This document shows positions 1-8,234 of a stretch of 64,000 nucleotides of DNA, piece by piece. A model generated the notes under the pieces. The model was not told the origin of the DNA. It saw only the letters and a list, made by a program, of their open reading frames with translations, and made no database searches. Origin of the DNA: a virus. Lineage: Duplodnaviria > Caudoviricetes. Position 1 is the first letter of the stretch. Each line of letters opens with the position of its first letter. The position numbers and the translations under genes are program-made. The stretch covers positions 1,796-65,795 of the IMG/VR virus record IMGVR_UViG_3300042507_004311; one strand, given 5' to 3'.

Positions 1-840
1 GTTAAAGTAGTAACGCACTTAGTCAACGCTGAAACCTATAACGCCTCTAATTTTACAAATGGGATACATGCCAATAGTATCTTAGCGATCAAGAGCAAGA
101 TGAACCCTCAACTATTTAGAGCGTTTAAGCGTGAGTTCTATGCTAATCTTTCAGGCCCCGCCCAAGCAAAGAGAACGCCTATTATCCAACTTGACCCAGA
201 AAGCCAAGAAGAGATTGAAAGCGTGAACTTGGGGGCAACAGCTGAAGAGATGGGCTACAAAGATTGGCTAGGATACTTAACAAAAGTAGCGTGTTCAGTG
301 TATCAAATTGACCCTGCAGAATTGGGCTTTGTGTTTGGTACAGAAGGGCAAACAGGAGCATTAACCCAACAAGGACCCGGCGCACGAATACAAGCATCAA
401 AAGATAAAGGGCTTTACCCACTACTAAGAAGCGTTCAGAATTGGATTAATAGGCATATCATTCACCAAATCAATGAGAAATATGAACTTAGATTTATGGG
501 GTTGGATGCAGACACAGAAAAAGACGCCTTAGCTTCCGATATTCAGAGGGTTTCCAATTACATGACAATCAACGAAATCCGAGCAAAACACAGCTTAGAA
601 AAGATTGAAGGGGGTGATGTCATCTTGAACCAAGCATACATCACCGCCTTGGGCATGAGTCAACAACAAGCACAAGAACAACAAGCCCCCCAAGATCAAG
701 AAGAGGATGATTATGACCAAGAAGAAGGGCAAGAAGAAGGCGGTGAAACACAGGATCAAGAAGAACCCACGCAAGAGGATAACAAGGAAGAGGCGGTAAC
801 TAAATCACTAAATAAAAATAAATTCACAGTAGAAATTTAG
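1..840 (+). CDS. Portal protein (5'-truncated by window edge)
   Basis: Frame is open from base 1 to TAG at 840. Motifs 'VYQIDPAELGF', 'ASKDKGLYPLLRSVQNWINRHII' and 'MTINEIRAKHSLEKIEGGDVILN' are typical of HK97/Twort-like portal C-termini. Acidic tail; precedes head genes. Confidence 0.9.
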   Translation, partial: VKVVTHLVNAETYNASNFTNGIHANSILAIKSKMNPQLFRAFKREFYANLSGPAQAKRTPIIQLDPESQEEIESVNLGATAEEMGYKDWLGYLTKVACSVYQIDPAELGFVFGTEGQTGALTQQGPGARIQASKDKGLYPLLRSVQNWINRHIIHQINEKYELRFMGLDADTEKDALASDIQRVSNYMTINEIRAKHSLEKIEGGDVILNQAYITALGMSQQQAQEQQAPQDQEEDDYDQEEGQEEGGETQDQEEPTQEDNKEEAVTKSLNKNKFTVEI

Positions 841-849
841 TTTATTATA
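810..849 (+). repeat. 40-bp exact direct repeat, copy 1 (portal 3' end; copy 2 at 1751-1790)
   Basis: aaataaaaataaattcacagtagaaatttagtttattata is read at both 810-849 and 1751-1790, flanking ORF 896..1732. Confidence 0.95.
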
Positions 850-895
850 TAATCTAATAAAGACACATAGAAACTTAGTACAAAGGATTAAAATT

Positions 896-1732
896 ATGAT
901 GCGCTTTACAGAAATTGCCGATGATCTTATTAAGGCGATTGGCCATAAATACATTCGTAGAATACCAAAGGGTGTTACGAAAACTGGGGGAACAAAATAC
1001 GTATATGTTTACGCAGGTAAGGAAGGGCGTAACACTACACAAGACGGGCATAACGACATCAAACAAAAGGTCAAAGAACAAGAATCCGCAGATATTATGC
1101 ACACCACGGTTTCCGATAAAACAAAAACTAGGCGACCGAACAAAAAACAAGCTCCCTCAATTCCATTTACTACTGCTATGGCAAACTTAGAACGTGTTCG
1201 GCAATTACAACAAACACCACCTGAGTCATTTGATGATAAATTTAAACGATTAGTAGCAAATCCCAAGCAATTATCTAGGCGTGTTACTGATATGAAAGAG
1301 TTACCTGTATATTTATATGCACAGCATGCCGATCACGTTATTGATAAATATTTATCTGATCCTAAATTGGGGACTAAATACAACGATATTCCTAATGTGC
1401 GTGATATGCTAAAAGAACAGATACGGGCTAAACAGGGATCAAGTATTTTAGGCGAAAAAGATTTTAAACAACTAAAAAACACAGTGGAATTTATTGCATT
1501 AAGAAACGAGGAGATATCTTTTACTTCACCTCTATTTTCTTTTTTGCTAGAACCTTCGGCACTCAATAATCTATTTGATAGGCACGCACTTGACGAAGCA
1601 CGAGCTTTTTCCGAAAATAGTTCTTCTTACACCAACAAAAAACAAGCTCCCTCAATTCCATTTACTACTGCTATGGCAAACTTAGACCGCGTTCGGCAAT
1701 TACAACAACGCCCCGCAAAAAAAGAAGGCTAG
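896..1732 (+). CDS. Putative internal head protein, HKYIRR-tag family member 1
   Basis: 278-aa ORF with AAAGGA RBS. N-terminus 'DDLIKAIGHKYIRRIPKGVTKTGGTKYVYVYAGKEG' is homologous to ORFs 5213 and 7110. Located in the head module. Confidence 0.7.
   Translation: MMRFTEIADDLIKAIGHKYIRRIPKGVTKTGGTKYVYVYAGKEGRNTTQDGHNDIKQKVKEQESADIMHTTVSDKTKTRRPNKKQAPSIPFTTAMANLERVRQLQQTPPESFDDKFKRLVANPKQLSRRVTDMKELPVYLYAQHADHVIDKYLSDPKLGTKYNDIPNVRDMLKEQIRAKQGSSILGEKDFKQLKNTVEFIALRNEEISFTSPLFSFLLEPSALNNLFDRHALDEARAFSENSSSYTNKKQAPSIPFTTAMANLDRVRQLQQRPAKKEG
1139..1708 (+). repeat. 75-bp intragenic direct repeat (1139-1213 and 1634-1708)
   Basis: Both copies encode NKKQAPSIPFTTAMANL(E/D)RVRQLQQ; 2 nt differences. 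Confidence 0.95.
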
Positions 1733-1750
1733 TAGTATATACAAAGACAA

Positions 1751-1790
1751 AAATAAAAATAAATTCACAGTAGAAATTTAGTTTATTATA
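1751..1790 (+). repeat. 40-bp exact direct repeat, copy 2
   Basis: Identical to 810-849. Confidence 0.95.
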
Positions 1791-1826
1791 CAATGATCCT
1801 TGATACTAGAAACAAGGATAGGAAAC

Positions 1827-2624
1827 ATGTTTAGATTTAGTCCCTTGATTAAAAGTTTATTCCCGTTAGATTTGCATGCACATGCACGATTTGACGAGTT
1901 AAAAATGATCATTGCAGATAAGCCAACAGAATACACAGAGAAGCAAGTATACGATATTGTCAAAGATTGCATACTTAACGAATTTTCTTTTTATATGGAT
2001 TACTTGGAAGATCAAATTACTTTTTACTCTGAAATGGATTCCCCGGGTTATTTGGCATATGTGAAACTATTAAAAGAGAAAATACTTGACCCCGAATTTA
2101 TGGGCATGGTTGCCAATGAAATCTATGAGGATGTAAATCTAAACAACTTTGATTTAGATTTGCCTACTAGCTTTGATGACAAAGAGATCACAGCATGGGC
2201 AAGAAACTTTTTAAAACAATGGTTGACCGCTTCAGGGATACAAGTCCTTAAATCTCAAAAGTTTCAAAAGTCAATGAGTTTCAATGTACCCCAAGCGGTG
2301 AGAGAGCAGGCTAAAAGAGGCTTAGAACTTCGTAGGGAAAACAAGCGGGGCGGGCTGAGTAACGAGCAAGCAAGCAATTTAGGCATAGGTTCAGGCGTGC
2401 AAAGAGCGGTGAACCTAAGTGAAGGCAAAGTATCACTAAAGACATTGAAACGCATGAAGTCATTTTTTGCCCGTCATAGAGTATACAAAGAAAAGGGATA
2501 TCACAAAGACAAGACTAGTGCGTCCTATATCTCTTGGCTTCTTTGGGGCGGTGATGCGGGTGATGCGTGGGCAACTAGAACCCTTGAGCAACTAGAAAAG
2601 AAAGAGAACCATAATGAAAATTAA
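1827..2624 (+). CDS. Putative head-associated two-domain protein
   Basis: Likely ATG at 1827 (MFRFSPLIKS, after AGGA). Acidic N-domain, then a basic C-domain 'VPQAVREQAKRGL...KRMKSFFARH...SYISWLLWGGDAG..WA' of a type I recall from phage head-region proteins. Confidence 0.65.
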   Translation: MFRFSPLIKSLFPLDLHAHARFDELKMIIADKPTEYTEKQVYDIVKDCILNEFSFYMDYLEDQITFYSEMDSPGYLAYVKLLKEKILDPEFMGMVANEIYEDVNLNNFDLDLPTSFDDKEITAWARNFLKQWLTASGIQVLKSQKFQKSMSFNVPQAVREQAKRGLELRRENKRGGLSNEQASNLGIGSGVQRAVNLSEGKVSLKTLKRMKSFFARHRVYKEKGYHKDKTSASYISWLLWGGDAGDAWATRTLEQLEKKENHNEN

Positions 2625-2856
2625 ATTAGAACTAAGCGATGAAGAACTTAGTAAATTTAATCAAGTGACTTTAGAAAATCATATCATTGCACATGCTGAT
2701 AAGATTGCAAAGTCCGTATTTAAAGACACTTTAAGCAAAGGTTTGAGAGGTGGAGAGATTCAATTGATTGATGATCTAAGCGCCAAGATGGTTGATCTCT
2801 ATGAGCAAAGATTAAAAGTACTTAGTACAAATATCATTAAGGAGTCCACAAAATGA
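2614..2856 (+). CDS. Hypothetical protein (head module)
   Basis: 80-aa ORF translationally coupled to its neighbours. Confidence 0.65.
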   Translation: MKIKLELSDEELSKFNQVTLENHIIAHADKIAKSVFKDTLSKGLRGGEIQLIDDLSAKMVDLYEQRLKVLSTNIIKESTK

Positions 2857-3095
2857 GAACCCATTTACTAGAAAACAAATCAACACTATTCAAGGCCGTA
2901 GAAAACAATGAACATGACATTGATATCTATGTAGATGATGAACTTTGTTACACAGTGCTACTTGGTACAAAGCAACTTGTAAAACATGGCTTTCAAGGCC
3001 TGTTTAAATTTGATCTTGTAAAAGAGCAGCAACTAAGAATCGTTGATCTATTAGAAGAAGAAATTAACTTATGGCAAAGTGATACAGAAGATTAA
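2853..3095 (+). CDS. Hypothetical protein
   Basis: 80-aa ORF, AAGGAG RBS, ATGA overlap with the upstream stop. Confidence 0.65.
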   Translation: MRTHLLENKSTLFKAVENNEHDIDIYVDDELCYTVLLGTKQLVKHGFQGLFKFDLVKEQQLRIVDLLEEEINLWQSDTED

Positions 3096-3139
3096 AATAG
3101 TCACCTATAAAAATATTTAAAAATAATTTGTAAAATCTC

Positions 3140-3184
3140 TTGACAAAGTGAAAAACATAAGCTATTCATAAAAGCACCTTAACC
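3140..3184 (+). promoter_or_regulatory. Sigma70-type promoter with ACCTTAACC leader
   Basis: TTGACA (3140-45), 17 nt, TATTCA, then ACCTTAACC (3176-84). About 70 bp nearly identical to the minus-strand promoter at 56375-56445. Confidence 0.75.
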
Positions 3185-3206
3185 AACCAACAAAGGAAAA
3201 GCAAAA

Positions 3207-3566
3207 ATGAACGCTTTATTTCAAAAAATCAAAGATACTTTCACCCAAGCACAAGGCAAGAGAGTAACCACACAAGGCACTTATGTCACAGTTGTATCTG
3301 TTGAGCATGTTAGACACAATGCAGGCAGCGCAAGACTTGTAAATCGTAGATGGTCGGATGACATGGCACATGATGAACTTATTGTAACCTTTAGATCAAA
3401 GAATGGGACTACTCAATTGATCCTTACAGCTTTTGATCATGATACTGATGATGTACGATACGCACATTTACAAAACAACATTGTTTGCTTCTTTGGTAAG
3501 ATCGTAGATGAAGATGATATTGATGTCAAAGGTTGGAGCGTGGAGCATGTAGCCATCACAGAATAA
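3207..3566 (+). CDS. Hypothetical protein (moron-like: own promoter and terminator)
   Basis: 119-aa ORF with AAAGGA RBS, between a sigma70-like promoter and an intrinsic terminator. Confidence 0.75.
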   Translation: MNALFQKIKDTFTQAQGKRVTTQGTYVTVVSVEHVRHNAGSARLVNRRWSDDMAHDELIVTFRSKNGTTQLILTAFDHDTDDVRYAHLQNNIVCFFGKIVDEDDIDVKGWSVEHVAITE

Positions 3567-3604
3567 ACAAGTCCACCAGAAACCAAGCGCACACACAACC
3601 AATC

Positions 3605-3631
3605 AAAAAGGGGCTTAATTGCCCCTTTTTT
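3605..3631. terminator. Intrinsic terminator (bidirectional-looking)
   Basis: aaaaaggggc-ttaatt-gcccctttttt perfect stem with flanking A/T tracts. Confidence 0.85.
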
Positions 3632-3682
3632 CATTTATACTCTCTAAATCGTGTAATATGTGCATAATATAGCTTAGAAAAT

Positions 3683-5155
3683 ATGCACAAAGAGAGTATG
3701 ATTATGCATAAAGACGAATTAATCAAGAACGCAAGTGAACAGGTAAGAGAGCAGCACGATGTTTTTTTAGTTCAATTGCTTGGCGTGGAAAATAGCGGCC
3801 TAGATGCCCAAAGAATTAAAGATTTATATGATCGTGGTTTGATTGATTTACAAGATCAAGGTTTACAGATTGGGGGCATTGACCCGTTCACATTCCTACA
3901 AGTTGCGGGGAGAATATTTGATAGCGTGGATCATGATACTAAAGCAAACATGCGAACATGGTCGATCAATGAATGGAGAACCCCCGTAAAAAAAGAACTT
4001 GAACGCATGGTAGGCAAGTCCGCCCCTGTTGGTATGTCACAAATGCCCACGCCCCCAATCAACCAAGTAACAGACTTAAGCCCGCCCCAAAAGATACCCG
4101 CTTGGATGTCCCCCGCTGAAAAGGGTGCTTATGTGTCCGCTATCACAAGGGCGGGATCATACGCAAGAGGACTAGGCAACAAACTAGACGAGGACTTATC
4201 AAAAGTAATCGCTGAAGGGTGGCAAGGTGAACAGATTAGTGAGGAGGTTAACCCCGCCCAAAGAAATTATATGCTTGAAACAATTCGCAATGAAACAGCG
4301 AATGAGTTCATAGGTTCAAGAGATGCTAAAGTCTTAGCTTCTAGGCTTGCAGATATAACCAAGTACTATTCTCACAATTGGGAAAGAATCGCACAAACTG
4401 AGTTACAAGCAAGTCACAATGAAGGGAGGTTCATTGATGCCATGCAAAACGATGATCTAGTGGCAAGAGTACCAGACTCAAACGCATGTGAAACTTGCCT
4501 ATCTTTGTTTGTTGGTGGAGATGGCAACTTAATCATCTTTGACCCGTCAGAACTTGCACAAAATGGTACGAATGTAGGCAAAGCAAAGGGAGAACATAAA
4601 GCGACCCTTTTCCCTGTTCATCCTAATTGTCGATGTGATACGATCCCAGTGCCTAAAGGTTTCTATGCAACAAGGGACGGACGAATAAGAAAGATCAGGG
4701 TTGAGGATGTTACTAAAGCGATCAAGGTACCTAGTAAATACCTAGCGGGGTTATCTGAGAGTGATAAGCAAGCACGCAAACAAGAGATTAGGCAAAGAGT
4801 AAAGGGCGGGGAAGAGAAAAGAACCTATGCCCCTATGAAAGGCGATGACGACGCCAAGACAAAGCCATCAAAGTACACAAGAACACAGCTAGCAAGCAAA
4901 GTAAGAGAGCAAACTAAGACCAATACAACAGAGGAGTTTATTAGCGTTGCTTCTAAGGTTTCAGGCGTTCCAAGATCAATTATTGCAGAAGTTCACAAGC
5001 GAGGGGCGGAGGCGTGGAGCATTGGGCATAGACCGGGGGCGACTCAAATCGCATGGGCAAGGGCAAGAGTTTACTCATTCTTGACTGGTGGGAAAACAAG
5101 ACAAACAGCGGATAAAGACTTGTGGTCAAAATACTTAGAAACTAGGAAATCATAG
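3683..5155 (+). CDS. Minor head protein, MuF / SPP1 gp7 family, with C-terminal extension
   Basis: 'WERIAQTEL', 'ACETC' and 'PVHPNCRC' are MuF hallmarks. The C-terminal basic domain 'VHKRGAEAWSIGHRPGATQIAWARARVYSF' resembles DUF5824 (from memory). True start may be 3698 or 3704. Confidence 0.85.
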   Translation: MHKESMIMHKDELIKNASEQVREQHDVFLVQLLGVENSGLDAQRIKDLYDRGLIDLQDQGLQIGGIDPFTFLQVAGRIFDSVDHDTKANMRTWSINEWRTPVKKELERMVGKSAPVGMSQMPTPPINQVTDLSPPQKIPAWMSPAEKGAYVSAITRAGSYARGLGNKLDEDLSKVIAEGWQGEQISEEVNPAQRNYMLETIRNETANEFIGSRDAKVLASRLADITKYYSHNWERIAQTELQASHNEGRFIDAMQNDDLVARVPDSNACETCLSLFVGGDGNLIIFDPSELAQNGTNVGKAKGEHKATLFPVHPNCRCDTIPVPKGFYATRDGRIRKIRVEDVTKAIKVPSKYLAGLSESDKQARKQEIRQRVKGGEEKRTYAPMKGDDDAKTKPSKYTRTQLASKVREQTKTNTTEEFISVASKVSGVPRSIIAEVHKRGAEAWSIGHRPGATQIAWARARVYSFLTGGKTRQTADKDLWSKYLETRKS

Positions 5156-7575
5156 ATAAAAAGTTACGATTGAACATAATAGAAAATATACAAAGAAAAG
5201 GATTAAAAAAAGATGTTTAGATACTCATTACTCTTAGATACCTTGTTTAAGGCATTGACACATAAGTATATTAGACGAGTACCCAAGGGAGTAACCAAGA
5301 CGGGAAAAACAAAGTACATGTATTACTATGCGGGGCAAGAGGGGCATGGGCGGGGCATAGCACACGAAGAAGAACTTGTTACAGGTGCATCTTTTGCATT
5401 CGGTGAAGTAGGAAAAACAAGATACCATGCACATATTACAAAAGTAGACGGTGACAAGATCACAGTAAAATATGATGACGGCGCTAAAAAAGGCACTGAG
5501 GAAACTATGACAAAGAGGCAATTTCAAGCCTTAGTACATGGTGAACACGCAACAGGGATTAAAGAGGCACAAGCAAAATCTGAGAAACAATTAAAAGATT
5601 TCCAAGCGGGCAAAGAAAAGGGCGTAAAGGTCAAACAAAGTACACTTGATAGACTTGCTCAAAGGGTGGCAAATTTAAAAGATTTAGTTAGTCATATGGA
5701 CAAACCCGCCCCAATTGAAGCCCCTTGGATGAGTGAACGAGAACGACGAGTATTTGAGGGACAAAATCGTCTTTTTACATTGCTTGAGAACAAAGAAATC
5801 ACCGAGGCACTTTTAAAAGATAGAACAAACGGGCCAATTGTTGTAGACATGATGAAAAATGTTATCACATCCATTTTTAAGTACAAAGACACGTCAAAAA
5901 TGCTTAAAAAAGATTTAAAGATTTTAATAGATGCAAATAAACTAGCATATAAAAATCGAACAAAAACATATAATGCCGTTGAAACAACCATAATTACACT
6001 CTCTCAATTATGGCAGAAATTACCCTATGCACAACAAGAGAAAAATAAAAAAGTAAGTCGCTTAGATGTGATTCATGCTGATTTAGCAACACAGACAATT
6101 GAGCAAAAAAAGAAAATGGCCGTTCACATTGAGGCGGTAAAGCAAGCACAAGATGCAATGCTCAAAACCAATTCGTCTTTGTCAAAAATTATTTATGGAA
6201 ATATGATTTTTACTCAAGTTACAGATAAAAGCGGAATAGGTAAAGATGCACAAGGTTTCTTTTCTTCGGGGATACCTTCCCACGCAATTCATAATGTTAC
6301 AACAAAACTTGATACAGTGTATCATTCCGCAGATGTGATTTATATGGATACACAAGATCATTTTGATCGTGGGATAAATTCTTTTTCATCAATCCCCGAA
6401 AAAGCTAAAACATATCTTCAAACACAATATGTGAAATCTGTTGTAATTCATGAACTTGCGCATCGTTTTTCAAAGTCTTTAATAGAGCAGAAAAATAGCA
6501 ATTTTATTAGTGATTTGGATTCCTTTTTTCGTAGATATTCAAGAAAAAAACGAGATGTACAGTCTATCATAAAAAAACCCGTACAAGAATTTGCCCCTTT
6601 TTCATCAGAGGCAAGCCGAATAGTATCAAGTATCTTACAATCACCAGAATTTAACCATACAACCAATGAGATTAAGGGCATTTTGCAGAAAGATAACATA
6701 TCAAACAAAGATCATACAATTAAATTTGCAGATATAAATTTTGAGGCATTAGGAGAAAGCATGATACTAGACTCTGATGGGAATAGCTCTAATTTACAAG
6801 TTCCATTAAATGATGGAAATACATTTATTGTCGCAATAAGAGATACACCCAATAAATTTTTGTCTAGGTTTAATGAAAAATTATCCCTATTACCAACAAC
6901 ATATTCACATGAGGACATGGAGGAATGTTTTAGTGATATGATGGCTTCTGTATGTGATCCGAACTATAAAGACGAACCAATGAGAACGGAATTTTTGGCA
7001 ATTGTGAACAAGTATATAGGAGATTTTGGTGCATAGAAACTAAGAAATCATAGATAAAAAGTCTACTTCAATCATAATAGAAAATATACAAATAAAAGGA
7101 TTAAAAAAGATGTTTAGATACTCATTACTCTTAGATACATTGTTTAAGGCAATGACACATAAATATGTTCGTAGAGTACCCAAGGGAGTAACCAAGACGG
7201 GGGCAACTAAGTACATGTATTTCTATGCAGGGCAAGAAGGACATGGTAAAGGGATTGGGCATGAAAGTGAACTTGTTACCGGCGCGTCTTTTGCATTTGG
7301 AGAACATGGAAAAACAAGATACCATGCACATATCACAAAAGTAGACGGTGATAAAGTTACTGTAAAATATGATGATGGGGATAAAAAAGGGACTGAGGAA
7401 ACTATGACTAAGAAGCAATTTCAAAGCATGATCCACGGTGAACATTCCACAAGTATTCAAAGCGCAAAAGAAAAAGCGACTAAGCAATTAAAAGACTTCC
7501 AAGCAGGCAAAGAAAAGGGCGTTAAGGTTAAGCAAGAAACACTTGATAAGCTAGAACAACGAGTTAAGAACCTTG
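5136..7575 (+). repeat. ~540-bp diverged direct repeat (~5136-5680 and ~7034-7575)
   Basis: Each copy holds the last codons of the MuF gene (tagaaacta[g/a]gaaatcatag), the intergenic leader and the first ~155 codons of ORF 5213 or 7110. Confidence 0.9.
5213..7036 (+). CDS. Putative internal head protein, HKYIRR-tag family member 2, with C-terminal zincin-like metallopeptidase
   Basis: Shared N-terminus 'DTLFKALTHKYIRRVPKGVTKTG'. C-terminal 'VVIHELAHRF' (HExxH) and downstream 'YSHEDMEECFSD' (third-ligand E motif). Confidence 0.75.
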   Translation: MFRYSLLLDTLFKALTHKYIRRVPKGVTKTGKTKYMYYYAGQEGHGRGIAHEEELVTGASFAFGEVGKTRYHAHITKVDGDKITVKYDDGAKKGTEETMTKRQFQALVHGEHATGIKEAQAKSEKQLKDFQAGKEKGVKVKQSTLDRLAQRVANLKDLVSHMDKPAPIEAPWMSERERRVFEGQNRLFTLLENKEITEALLKDRTNGPIVVDMMKNVITSIFKYKDTSKMLKKDLKILIDANKLAYKNRTKTYNAVETTIITLSQLWQKLPYAQQEKNKKVSRLDVIHADLATQTIEQKKKMAVHIEAVKQAQDAMLKTNSSLSKIIYGNMIFTQVTDKSGIGKDAQGFFSSGIPSHAIHNVTTKLDTVYHSADVIYMDTQDHFDRGINSFSSIPEKAKTYLQTQYVKSVVIHELAHRFSKSLIEQKNSNFISDLDSFFRRYSRKKRDVQSIIKKPVQEFAPFSSEASRIVSSILQSPEFNHTTNEIKGILQKDNISNKDHTIKFADINFEALGESMILDSDGNSSNLQVPLNDGNTFIVAIRDTPNKFLSRFNEKLSLLPTTYSHEDMEECFSDMMASVCDPNYKDEPMRTEFLAIVNKYIGDFGA

Positions 7576-8138
7576 ATGCGCTTACCGCCAAGAAAGAGGA
7601 GGCACAGAAACCAGAAGCCCCAATCCAGATGATCAAAGATATGATCAAAAACACAATAAATGATAGAGTACAGATTAAACAACATGATGAGGGTGCATCT
7701 ATTGGAATGAATGGCTTCTTATCTGTAGCGAAACAATTGATCAACAAAATCAATGCACCATCATTCAAATATAGACCGTTTACTATTCAAGATGATATGC
7801 TTGATGATGTTCTTGACGATGATATATTTCATGAAATAATGATGACGGATTCTATCTTTGAAGAATTAGAGCGTAAAAATAAAGATATCATAAAACAAAA
7901 AAGTGATGAAATTAGACATAAGTTTGGGGGCGTTGGTAAAAGTAATTTACAAACAGGTTTTTATAAAACTATTTATGAAAAAGTATTTACGCCATCCTTT
8001 AAAAAAAATGTATTAAAGGATATATTTGATAATCTTTCACAAGACACACCAAGAAAGAATTTAGACTTGTTTATATGGCGAAAATTAAGAACAGAACTTC
8101 AAAACGCTTTTGATGATGAGGTTGCTAAGTTACATTAG
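7110..8138 (+). CDS. Putative internal head protein, HKYIRR-tag family member 3
   Basis: First ~155 aa nearly identical to ORF 5213; unrelated helical C-terminal ~170 aa. Confidence 0.75.
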   Translation: MFRYSLLLDTLFKAMTHKYVRRVPKGVTKTGATKYMYFYAGQEGHGKGIGHESELVTGASFAFGEHGKTRYHAHITKVDGDKVTVKYDDGDKKGTEETMTKKQFQSMIHGEHSTSIQSAKEKATKQLKDFQAGKEKGVKVKQETLDKLEQRVKNLDALTAKKEEAQKPEAPIQMIKDMIKNTINDRVQIKQHDEGASIGMNGFLSVAKQLINKINAPSFKYRPFTIQDDMLDDVLDDDIFHEIMMTDSIFEELERKNKDIIKQKSDEIRHKFGGVGKSNLQTGFYKTIYEKVFTPSFKKNVLKDIFDNLSQDTPRKNLDLFIWRKLRTELQNAFDDEVAKLH

Positions 8139-8234
8139 GTTAGAAATGAAATAACATACACACAAATAAAATAAGCAAGAAACTTCTTAACTTTGTAAAA
8201 TGCAAGTATATAACAAATGAACAAGGGTTAAGAA

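Noticed and set aside
5136-7575. Diversity-generating retroelement template/variable repeat pair
   Set aside because: No reverse transcriptase in the window; differences are mostly synonymous and not adenine-specific; both copies are N-terminal coding regions.
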